In this document: positions 26,690 to 37,110 of the stretch, piece by piece
How positions within the stretch are numbered: position 1 is the first letter of the stretch
Layout of the letters: the number at the start of each line of letters is the position of its first letter
Assembly (NCBI RefSeq): GCF_006345805.1
Contig: NC_042999.1
Location: forward strand, 166,284,001-166,348,000
DNA from: Octopus sinensis
Taxonomy: Eukaryota
Length of the DNA stretch: 64,000 nt
Direction: 5' to 3'
The notes under the pieces: generated by a model
Databases searched by the model: none
Told to the model about the DNA's origin: nothing
Seen by the model: only the letters and a program-made list of their open reading frames with translations
Program-made: the position numbers and the translations under genes

Positions 26690-27420
26690 TGCTGCGCTTG
26701 TTGGAATTGAATTGTTGTTTATTTGTTAACTGTCATTTTCGCCCTCCGGGGCAGAAAATTCTTAACTTTTGAAATATTGCCGTGAAAGCGACAACTGTGA
26801 TTAGAACTGCGATTTTTACCCTTTGCAGGGTAAAAATTATTTTTTGCTTAATTTTATTCCTTTTTGAAGGAATTTGTTTATTGCAAAAATTTTTCACGTC
26901 ATGGATTACATGAACGAAGATTTCCCAGAGATAGAAAAGGCTAAAAATAATGAAAATTTAATGCAAGTGCAAAAGGAAAAGCAAAGTTTTTCGGCCGCGG
27001 TAGGTGGTAACATGATAACGATGGAAATTACAATGGCAGAACTTTTTAAATATAGGAACCTTGTCAAAAAACAGGTAGTGATACAAAACTACTCCCTCCT
27101 GAAAACATCCTGAAGAGGTTTTACAGAATAGTGCGGCAACAACTGTAGTATATAAAACGTACAGCATGAAAGAAAAGAGAATTATAACTGAGGCTATAGA
27201 AAAATGTCTGTCGCTAATCTGGAACAGAATAATTTACGTCGGCCGTGGAAGAAGGAGTACCACGGTCGAAGCTCAATTCACCGATGAAAAAACGGCAAGG
27301 GATTTATCTACCACCACCTTAAAAAATGAAGAGGTGATATTACTGCCGACGTACTTGGGCAGACGAACCGCTAAAATGAAGAGTACTGAAGAGAGGCAGA
27401 AATAGCCCGAAACCAGGCTG
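26690..27420 (+). mobile_element. L1/Tx1-like LINE 5' UTR and ORF1 remnant
   Basis: Broken ORF1-like frames 26874-27113 and 27166-27405 (VEAQFTDEKTARDLSTTTLK..LLPTYLGRR) directly after the ORF2 3' remnant. Confidence 0.5.
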
Positions 27421-28129
27421 GTCTGCTGGTCCCGTCGCTAGAAGGTGGTGGTGATTCGCCCCCCTGTTCGCAATATCTCGGATGCAGCTCTGCATCGTTC
27501 ACCAGCTAGAGGAGTTGTCCACTTGGAGTTAAAAAATCGCAGTAAAGTCTGTTCGAATGGGCAGCCATGTCGAAGTGGCTACAAACATTACTTGTTAGTA
27601 CAACTACTGCATTTTTGTTTATAATATTGTTTAGGCTTTATGAAAAAAAGAAAAGAATTCGTAACATGTATGTGTTTGTAAGTTTCTAATTCTTTTCGTT
27701 TTTTTACATATAAAGCATAAACAATGCAATTTCTATATTTGTCCGTGCATGTCTGGTGTGTATGTATCTGTGTGTGAGTGTATATGTGTGTGTATATTTC
27801 AAGCTGAAAACTTTGACAAGTAATTATTGAAGTTCCTTAGTTTCGAGTTTCGTGCTACAAACATGTCAAGCTTGTTTCATTGTTCCCTATACATGAGACT
27901 TGTTTTGTGTTTATACTTGACAGAGAGAAATATGAAACAGCATATTTCAGTAACTTACTATTGAGGTCTTCACCTTTAAAATAGTTTCAATAGATATCCA
28001 GAACTTTGTGATATTTAATATGACTTTATTCGACATTATTGACCCAATTCATGCTATTGGCCTCCTCTCTGACTTCTTTCTCGTGACTAATTTTTGTTTT
28101 AATTAAACAGAATAGTGCAGACTATGGCC

Positions 28130-28760
28130 ATAAATGTTTTCTCTTCTTTGAGAATAAAAGGTCACCTTGGTTTTGGTTGAATAGGAGTCATTATGATCCA
28201 AGAATTCAGTCTTTGTAGTCTTCATGGTTATTCTTATTTCGAGAACATTAATTTTTGTATATTACTTATCGAAGTCTAGAACTTTCAGAGTAAAAAGGAT
28301 AGTAATATGGAAGGGTAGAAGTCCACCATACCAAACTGGGTGGTTTTGTAAGATGCTTCATTCTCAGTATTGCGGAACTAGTTAAAGACGACGTTGCGGT
28401 TCTAGTCGATTAATCTGGTGGAATTCTGAAACGAGAATCGATGGCTCGATTTTAGAAGGGTTAGTCACTCTGCATTTAAGGTTAGGAAATTGGATATGTG
28501 GTCCTTGAGGACAATGTCCACGCTGTCACTTTCTTATACCTCCTTTCCCACAGATCCGCAGTTCTTCTCGACATCTAAGTCGGATCTTTTGTTTGCTTTC
28601 TTTCCAGTTGAAATTCCTTCGACGAGAATATCACCATCCTGCAACATTCCAATTCATCTTTTAATGTCATGTTTTCACTCACACTTCCTAAAATATCCTA
28701 TGTTATATCAAATTCTAATTCTATTGTTGAAGGAAAACTGTGTCGGAGGCCAGCTGATCG
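28130..28760 (-). mobile_element. Penelope-like element remnant
   Basis: Degenerate RT C-terminal-like peptides on the - strand (DDI..., F..E, LDV); heavily decayed. Confidence 0.35.
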
Positions 28761-29639
28761 TTTAAGAGAATATTTGTTGGACATCTAATACCACACCGGA
28801 CCTCTCAAGTTTGTGGCTCGCGATTTCAGTTTACCAGGCCACTCCTTCTTACATTTCGCTCTTTGCAGAACTACAGAACACCATCGTATACTTGTTTAGT
28901 GGCTTTGATGGAAACATCAGTTCACTTTCTGCATGAACACATCTACTCTGTCTGGTGTCTTTAACTAACTGGCATCTCTGTTAAAATACCTAAGACACCG
29001 ATAAACACCCCTACAAACATTCCACCCCACCCCCTTGTAGACATGCATTTATTCAAACTCTACTACCTACCTACCATTAACTCGCAGCTTATGATAACTT
29101 GCTCATACAATATCACATATGATCATGGCTTATTTGCACCTCCAACACATCTATTCCTCACAATTACACATTCTCGCCCGCAAACACACACACACACACA
29201 CACGTTTGGACACAATTTTGTTTATAAACTCGATTTCTTATTCGTTCATACACTCGCATACTTCATGACTTTTTTTCCGCGCTTATTTCCTTTAACGTTC
29301 GCTCTCCTCTGCTGAAAACCACTAACTATACTCACTTCTTTTCTACCATTCCAGCAACCTTAATTCCCAAATCCCATCATTACAATGGTTTTCTTTGTCA
29401 TGTTAATATATTCATTTTGCAAGGTCCTTGATGTGAAATCCTGTGTTGAAACAGATATTGTTATACTGAGGGATGGTCATATTTTGCCAATTAAACATAC
29501 GCTCTTACATTTCCTTCTAACTTGGCAAATAATTGTCTGCAATGTCGAATCCTCTTCTCCTCCTTACTTTTACCTCACAATTCTACTGACTTTCAACGAT
29601 TGCTCGTTTTTATTTTCTTTCATGCTTCTTTTTCTCTTG

Positions 29640-29963
29640 CCCCGTTTTACTCTTTTACTTGTTTCAGTCATTTGACTGCGGCCATGCTGGAGCACCGCCT
29701 TTAGTCGAATCGACCCCAGGACTTATTCTTTGTAAGCCTAGTACTTATTCTATCGGTCTCTTTTGCCGAACCACTAAGTTACGGAGACGTAAACACACCA
29801 GCATCAGTTGTCAAGCAATGTTGGGGAGCACAAACACAGACACGTAAACATACACACACACACACACACACACAACACACACATATATATATATATATAA
29901 TATATATGTATATATATATATATATAATATATATATATATAATATATATATATATATAATATA

Positions 29964-30028
<65 letters not shown>

Positions 30029-30190
30029 GACGGGCTTCTTTCAGTTTCTGTCTACCAAATTCACTCACAAGACTTTGGTCGGCCCGAGGCTATAGCAGAA
30101 GACACTTGCCCAAGATGCCACGCAGTGGGACTGAACCCGTAACCATGTGGTTCGTAAGCAAACTACTTACCACACAGCCACTCCTACGTC
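29640..30190 (-). mobile_element. SINE family A with expanded internal (CA)/(TA) tract
   Basis: Both conserved halves flank about 190 bp of microsatellite. Confidence 0.88.
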
Positions 30191-30213
30191 TACATTTTGT
30201 TCAAGCTTTTATT

Positions 30214-30544
30214 TTTTTCTAGTGCCTCGTTTTGTTCATGTGGAGTTATATAAAGAAACAGATCAAATCACATCAAAGCTTTGAAATTCATTCAAGTGTA
30301 TCGTATCATGCAGGAAATAAAATTGTATCGTTTTACATCGTAATAAACCATTGTAATGTTGATAAGATATTTATAAAATAGCTGACATTTATTCTCTGAG
30401 CTAATGATACAAATAGAATCGAGTCACAATTGTCGAACAATTATATAGAGATTACCTTTCTGTGATGTAAATTTAACATATTATATACACAGTATAGTGT
30501 TTGTATATGTATGTATGCATGTAAGTAGGTCTCTTGTACTCTCT

Positions 30545-30585
<41 letters not shown>

Positions 30586-30669
30586 TTCTCCATATGTGTA
30601 TGTGTGTGTGCATATATATATATGTGTGTATATATGTGTATATATATATATGTATATACATATGTATAT

Positions 30670-30751
<82 letters not shown>

Positions 30752-31133
30752 GGTTTAAGTAATTGAGATTCAAGTGAATTCTAATGAATTCACATGAATA
30801 TGGTCCTTAACTAGGATGCACCGGAAATCTATATGGTGTTAACCATACGACAAGTGGGGTGATTACAAATAGGAAAAAAGCAACAAGAACTGATTAAAAT
30901 CTCGGTACAATTGTTTCGTACGAGGACATCTTACTGCATTTTTGTAGCTTATTAAAGATGTCCTCGTACGAAACAATTGTACCGAGATTTTAATCCATTC
31001 TTGTTGCTTTTTTCCTATATATAATTTTATTTCCTGCATGATACGATACACTTGAATGAATTTCAAAGCTTTGATGTGATTTGATCTGTTTCTTTATATA
31101 ACTCCACATGAACAAAACGAGGCACTAGAAAAA
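30214..31133. repeat. compound inverted repeat (30214-30324 / 31023-31133 and 30869-30932 / 30955-31018)
   Basis: 111-bp outer arms and 64-bp inner arms, both nearly perfect by eye. Confidence 0.9.
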
Positions 31134-31473
31134 GGAGCACAACAGATGTTAGTTACGAGCGGATCTTCAAAAGCGATAGGAGGCCGAAGGAGTATGCTCC
31201 CACTTTCAGTGTTTTCAAATCCAAACCAGGGAGTTCTGAGCTGATGATAGAAATGTCGAGTTTTGACTAATCTTGAAACGTACGTTCTCAAATAACCTTT
31301 GCATCTGATTTTTTAATGTCTCTACCCCCCATACTTCCGTGAGTTGAATTGAGCAAACACTATATGAGAGAGGTTTTCTTTAAGTATTAGAAATAGTTTT
31401 ATAAATGTTTTTTTAGCTGCTATTTCTAATGAGTTCAGTATGCGGCAAAGTAATTTATTTTACTAAGCCCTTT

Positions 31474-31551
<78 letters not shown>

Positions 31552-31958
31552 TATGCATATACATATATGTACATATGTGTGTGTATGTATATATATAGAG
31601 AGAGAGAGAAAGAGAGAGAGGGGTGATAGGGATGCAGATAAACACGCTTGGGCTTGATATATAAATACACATGTATACATATACACATGTAGAAGACATA
31701 TAGGGATATATAGAGAAACAAAAATTAATCACAACCGTTCGTATGTTTGATTTAATAACTTAGTACTACAGTTATAATTTGCGAAAGTAGATGTGGAAAA
31801 CAGTTTTTTGAAATCCTCTCAAAACAATAAAACACTGTCGAAAGACCAATAAAACTGCTATTCATGTTACTGTATGTATGACATCACTAAACACCATGTG
31901 ATATGTAGTCTATATAGTACAATATATTTTTATGTTTACAACAAATTTAAGTGTACAG

Positions 31959-32234
31959 TGTAGTAGGGATGATGAAAGGAGCACAACAGAACAAGGAAAA
32001 GGAAATAGAAGTGCAATTAGGTCTTACCTGACCGGGGATGAAGTCGGATGGCCTTCAGCCAACTTGCTAACGTCTTGTCGTCTTCGTGCCTTCCTGGGGT
32101 CTGAGCCAACTCGTCGATACCGCACGTGCGTTCTGTCTCTCACTTCCGCTTCCGCCGGCGCATGCGCCCTGCAAGACCTGCAAGCCCCACTTCCGCTCCC
32201 CCATTCCGTCACACTCCTTCATCATCACACCACA
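31959..32234 (-). repeat. 3' LTR (276 bp)
   Basis: Identical to 35419-35694 except at 32119/35579 and 32209/35669; imperfect ~22-bp terminal inverted repeats. Confidence 0.97.
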
Positions 32235-32270
32235 CGCCCCCCTGATCTATAGATCACTGAACCGGCTTCC

Positions 32271-34614
32271 TCACTCGCTCCCGCACCTGAAACTGGTTTC
32301 ATAATCAGCCAACCAGGGAGGAGGGTGCCGCTCCCTCTGTGGTCGCAGCGCGACCCTAGGACTTGTTTCTGGTGTGTTGCTGTCGACCTCGTCATCCTGT
32401 CGGTTGTTTTCGTCTTGCCCACTGTTGCTTGTCCCATCCTCTGGGGCATGGACAATCCTCCGTATGTCCAAAACGTGGCGTGGCATACCATCGATCGAGA
32501 TGTTATTCTTTGAATTTACGGAGGTTATTGTCCCCTTTCCCCATTGCGATGTACACCGTGCGTTTGGGGGTTTTACCCAGACTTCCTCCCCGACCTGCAC
32601 GAAGGCGTGCTCTTCCTCTGCCCCGGGTCGCATTGATGTAGTACACGGATGCCTCCACTCGTACCTGAATATTGCCCTGTGTGGCACCGATTCCTCAGCC
32701 TGTCCGGATCGGGGAGACAAGTTGTACCAAAAAACTGCTTCAAGCGGCTAAATGTGCCCTCTTTCCGCTATGGCCTTGACTGTCCGATGGTGCCTCTCCA
32801 CGATCCCGTTACCGCCCGGCCTATACGCTGCTCTGAACAAGCGTCGCACGTTCCACCGATCAAGCATAACCCTCAATGCTTCCGAACGAAACGCCGCCCC
32901 GTTGTCCATCAGTAGTTCTTCCACGGGACCTCTCTCTAAAAATATCCCGTTCAGGATCTGCACGATCTCGTCAGCAATGCCCGATCTCAACTCCCTCCAA
33001 ATGGCCAGTCGGCCCGGCCCACAGTCGACCATGGAGAAGTACATTCGCTGACGGTAGTGTGTCACATCCACAGCTAGCCTTTTCCAGTTCTGCTCCACGG
33101 AAAGGCTTCCCTGTTCATACCCACACGGAGCAGGGTCGATGGACTGACACCTGTCGCAGCTCCCGACCACCTTCCGGACGCTTCTCCTGGTCACGTCAGC
33201 ATCAATCTTTTTTGCCAGATACAGGGTCCTGTCCACACCCAGGTGATGCATAGCGTGCAGTTTCTTCAGTTCAGAGTCATCCAACCGACACGCCGCAGCT
33301 ATCCCTTTCCGAGCCTCCTCCGGTTCTTCCAACCACGCCCTTTTCACCCTGGTCAGTACGTCCGCCTTGTTTTACTCCGAAGGCACGAAGACCACGTTCA
33401 GCTTCAGTCCGAATTCGGCGATCAATTCACCTAGAACTCCTAGACGGCGCTTCACTAACATCTCCGCAGCACCTTTCGTCCGCACTCTCCTGTCACCGGT
33501 GATCACCGATCCTACCCAGCCAAGCACAGTGGCCGAATCCGTCCGCATTTCAATCGTGCGCAGCCCCCATTTCAAGGCCAAGTTCACCCCTTTCAGCAGC
33601 GCGTCTAATTCGGCGACATTGATGTGGTTGAAATCATCTGCTTTCCGAAGCCAGGCCGCGTCCTCCACCGCAGTGCCTTCGATTGCCAACACCACCCCTA
33701 TCGCTATACTGCTAGCATCACACCAGACAGTCCCGCATTTCGTCCTGGGCACGTACCAGTTCCCCCTGACCGGGTCTTCCGCTCTTGTCCTCTCTAGGAT
33801 CTCCTGCATCATCGCCACCGTCCCTTCTCCCACCTTGTCGCCCCACCTCTCTCCTTCCGCTCGTCTCTTGGTGTAACTACACGCCGTGCGCAGCCATCCA
33901 GCGATCGGGTAGTGACCGACCAACTTCCCACACACCGAGAACAGCTCTCTCCTGCTGACGCTGGAACTCATCTCTTTGATTTCATTTCCTCTCCGGAACA
34001 CCAATTCACCTGATCTATCTCTTCGCAGCTTCAGCCCCAGCGCGGCTCCCCCTTCAATCGACTCCGGTAGCTTAGCAATCAGTCCGAACTTCTCCAGATG
34101 TCTCACCACCTCGTCGGCTGGCACTACAGTTTCGTCCACCAAAATGTCGTATATGTAGGAGCTGACCATCGAACGCCGCCTGAAAGTCTTTGTCCTCGAT
34201 GGTGTAAGCGGCGCAGTCCCTCGCGGGGCTCTGCTCCCTCTGGCGATCCTGACTCGCAGTGCACGACGCCCCCACGCTTCCGAACGTGACATCATTTCCC
34301 ACAACACTGACGCCACCGAGGCAGTTGATGGCGTCCATCCCCATCACCACATCAATTCCATTTATCACGCGTTCGGCCACAATTGCCTGTAGCCTTAGCG
34401 TCGCGCCGCGCACCACTATCTCTACCTTGCTGCTGCCTCTGCAACGGATTTCGCTGCCGTCGACCGCCCGGACACTACACACCCCGTTCCATTCCTTCGT
34501 CACCCTCGAAGTCACCAGGGTGGTCGTACAGCCCGTATCCACAAGGGCCTTGAACGTCTCCCCCTCGGCCTCCACGTCAATCAATGGCAGTGTCTCCAAT
34601 AGCGCCTCTACTCG
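32271..34614 (-). pseudogene. pol: disabled pol: aspartic protease, RT remnant, RNase H, DDE integrase
   Basis: Protease ALVDTGCT and DVVMGMD. Most of the RT is deleted near 34165, with YIYD in place of YxDD. RNase H WCDAS..HINVAEL..TDS. Integrase H-x3-H...CxxC, D...D-x35-E. In-frame stops at 33372-33374 and 32748-32750. Confidence 0.9.
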
Positions 34615-35372
34615 TTAGAGGGGAAAGTTCGAGAGGCAGCAACTTCCCCGCGGTCGTTTCCCTGGCCGCAATCACGGGCAATGTGCCCTGTCTGCCTGCA
34701 TCGATAGCAAACGGGCCCCGGCTGCGTACAGTCCCGCGCCATGTGCGGTCCCTGGCATTTAAAACACCGTCCTGAGAACGGCCGCTCTCGTTGCACGGTG
34801 GGCTTCCGTACCTCTTTCTCGGGACGTCGTCCGTCTTTACGCGCCTCCGTCACCGCCATCGCTATCGCCTTCCGCCCCGAGTGTTTCGTCAACACGCGAG
34901 CATGAGTTACAAGTTCGCTCAATGGCATCTTTTTGACCCCGGGCAGTCGTTGTAGGTGAATCCCTACATCATCGGGGAACCCATTCACGAACGCCAGTCG
35001 GGCTGCTCTCTCCAGTCCTTCTCCGGCAAACCCGGCCAGAGTCGCTAGCCTTCTAGCTTCCGATGCAAAATCATCCACCTGGCCTCCCGTCCACCTGATT
35101 GCACCCAGCTTAGCGAAAGCTGTGTACTCGCATTCCGTGTATGCGTCACACAAGCGCCGCTCTATATTCCCATCGCAGAGCCGTTCTTTTTCATCCATCT
35201 CTAGGTAAAGCGACAACGCACTTCCTTCCAAATACAGCGCCATAAGACTCGCCACGTCGCTTATGCCCTGCAGTCTCGCCACCAGCCTGATTTTCTGAAT
35301 CCAGGCCACTACATCGCCTTCGCCGTTAAAAGGTCTGACGACGTCACTGGCGATCCTAACTTTTGCAGACAT
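34608..35372 (-). CDS. gag: Gag of the LTR element (254 aa, intact)
   Basis: ATG at 35372 (MSAKVRIASD...); no internal stops; two zinc knuckles, CFKCQGPHMARDC and CYRCRQTGHIARDC. Confidence 0.9.
   Translation of the reverse strand: MSAKVRIASDVVRPFNGEGDVVAWIQKIRLVARLQGISDVASLMALYLEGSALSLYLEMDEKERLCDGNIERRLCDAYTECEYTAFAKLGAIRWTGGQVDDFASEARRLATLAGFAGEGLERAARLAFVNGFPDDVGIHLQRLPGVKKMPLSELVTHARVLTKHSGRKAIAMAVTEARKDGRRPEKEVRKPTVQRERPFSGRCFKCQGPHMARDCTQPGPVCYRCRQTGHIARDCGQGNDRGEVAASRTFPSNE
34620..34662 (-). promoter_or_regulatory. -1 programmed ribosomal frameshift signal
   Basis: Slippery heptamer G GGA AAC in the gag frame (34662-34656), a 6-nt spacer, then a stem GGGGAAGTT/AACTTTCCCC. The protease frame is -1 relative to gag. 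Confidence 0.75.
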
Positions 35373-35406
35373 CGTGTTGAAAAAAAAATGTGAACGCTGA
35401 CGAACT

Positions 35407-35418
35407 GCCGAAATAGCT
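35407..35418 (-). other. atypical primer-binding site complementary to tRNA-Phe nt 1-12
   Basis: The + strand reads GCCGAAATAGCT directly against the LTR; this is the 5' end of conserved metazoan tRNA-Phe(GAA), recalled from memory. Confidence 0.7.
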
Positions 35419-35694
35419 TGTAGTAGGGATGATGAAAGGAGCACAACAGAACAAGGAAAAGGAAATAGAAGTGCAATTAGGTCTTACCTGACCGGGGATG
35501 AAGTCGGATGGCCTTCAGCCAACTTGCTAACGTCTTGTCGTCTTCGTGCCTTCCTGGGGTCTGAGCCAACTCGTCGATGCCGCACGTGCGTTCTGTCTCT
35601 CACTTCCGCTTCCGCCGGCGCATGCGCCCTGCAAGACCTGCAAGCCCCACTTCCGCTCCCCCATTCCGCCACACTCCTTCATCATCACACCACA
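35419..35694 (-). repeat. 5' LTR (276 bp)
   Basis: Direct repeat of 31959-32234; lies upstream of gag on the - strand. Confidence 0.97.
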
Positions 35695-35826
35695 TACAGT
35701 AAATTAATCGAGCTCTCTTTAAAGGGATAATTTAGAAAACTTATTCTTTGAGTCTGTATTCACGAATGAAATAACTTTTCATTTAATCTCTGGCGACCCT
35801 CCAACTGGAAGAAGTTGATACTGGAC

Positions 35827-35886
35827 ATGAAGTCTGAGACCTTAAAATACGTGATGCATACAGATGGGGGCACCTTTGATCATATA
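35827..35886 (+). CDS. candidate alternative first coding exon of the cPLA2-like gene (MKSETLKYVMHTDGGTFDHI)
   Basis: ATG plus 20 codons ending at a perfect GTAAGT donor (35887) in phase 0, compatible with the 45714 exon. The TFDHI end resembles TFDPYQLFE. No transcript evidence. Confidence 0.33.
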
Positions 35887-37085
35887 GTAAGTTTACTTGA
35901 TCGGAAATAATCTGGAACCAAAAAATAAACATTAACTGTGACGGCTGACTAAGGAAGTCTCTTCGCTCTCCGTCAGTAGATACCAGGAGGACGTGATCTG
36001 ATACGAAGCTACCAAGAGAAACGGACGGCGTCTTAATCAATGATTATCGCCATTTTTATTTTGTAAATCATAATCTAACATTTAATGCAGCAGATTTATC
36101 AGCATCATATTTTACTTTTCATACTTATGTCTTCTGACAGTTACCGTTTATAATTGTATTAACTTATTGCAGACGGCCAAATATCTATTTATCTATAAAT
36201 CCACCGACTTATTTATATATCTACCTGCCAATCTACCTCTACATCTATCAATCTAGCCATTCTATTTCCTTACTCAACTATGTAATTACAAATCGGTTGA
36301 TCTGTCTATGTATCTGTATACCTATATTCCTAACTATATGCCTGTCTGTTTGCCTGTCTGTCAGTCTATCTATCTGTTGGTCTGTCTGCCTACCTGTACG
36401 TCTGGCTGTCTCACATGACATCAAATTATCTGCTCTCTGTCATCCACTGCGCCTGTTTTGTTTTTTATTAGTTGATGTTTGTATTATACTTCTTTCTCAA
36501 CGTAAGGCGTCCTTTAACGAACCTGTGTTAATTCCACAACAGAAATTTGTTTGCGTCATCAGCAGTTTAAAAGCTATTCCTCAGCCACCCCTACGTTTCA
36601 ATGTAACACCAGCTATGTACGACATCTTGGATGTAACCACAAATACACAGCTCTTTACTTGCCCAGAGATTATGAATTCAAACTGGACAAAATGCCTTGC
36701 GGTATTTCTTCCAGGTTTCTGCATTCTAAGTATCGAAGCAGGTGTGATGAAACTGTCTGTATCTAACAGACAATATGGTGTCTTACACATAATACCGAAA
36801 GGAATGTAACTATCTCTGCGTTCTTCCACGAAAATTCCACGGCAAGCATTTCTCGCTTGTCAAGGAAGTCCCCACGGACCGTTCGTGGAAAGAAAAGGGC
36901 ATCCGTACATTCTTGTGTGTGTGTGTGTGTACGCGCGCGCTTCTATATACGTGCATGCGTGTATGTTTGAGTGAGTGTATGTATTTGCGTATATACATGG
37001 GTTCATTAAATTAGTCTCTTTATGTCGAAATAACAAAAAGAATGTCATTTATTTTATTTGTTTTATTTATTTATTTATTTTTCAG

Positions 37086-37110
37086 ATTTGATCCCTATCA
37101 ATTGTTTGAG
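37086..37110 (+). CDS. PLA2G4A: cPLA2-like gene, 25-nt microexon ((T)FDPYQLFE)
   Basis: T-rich tract and TTCAG acceptor, then GTAAGT donor at 37111. The peptide matches the vertebrate cPLA2-alpha N-terminus FIDPYQHII. Phase 2 in and phase 0 out fit both neighbours. Confidence 0.85.

Larger units (their letters stand above)
31959..35694 (-). mobile_element. LTR retrotransposon (Ty3/gypsy-type domain order gag-PR-(RT)-RH-IN), internally deleted and non-autonomous
   Basis: 276-bp LTRs with TG...CA ends at 31959-32234 and 35419-35694; 5-bp TSD TACAG at 31954-31958 and 35695-35699; polypurine tract next to the 3' LTR (about 32235-32250); gag, protease, RNase H and integrase motifs. Confidence 0.97.

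Noticed and set aside
30325-30872. Segment missing from the inverted copy as a spliced GT-AG intron (retrocopy origin)
   Set aside because: The junction in the inverted copy keeps ATAG and adds AT bases, so it does not match precise splicing.
35481-35490. Strong splice donor CAG|GTAAGA inside the LTR, suggesting foamy-virus-like spliced pol
   Set aside because: Joining it to the acceptors near the gag stop gives no in-frame ATG, and a canonical -1 frameshift cassette already explains pol expression.
35419-35694. Tf1/sushi-type self-priming as the explanation for the odd PBS
   Set aside because: The complement of the PBS (GCCGAAATAGCT on the element strand) is not present anywhere in the LTR.
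36297-36809. 170-aa ORF on the + strand in intron 1
   Set aside because: It starts in (CTGT)n low-complexity sequence and has no homology cues or convincing splice signals.
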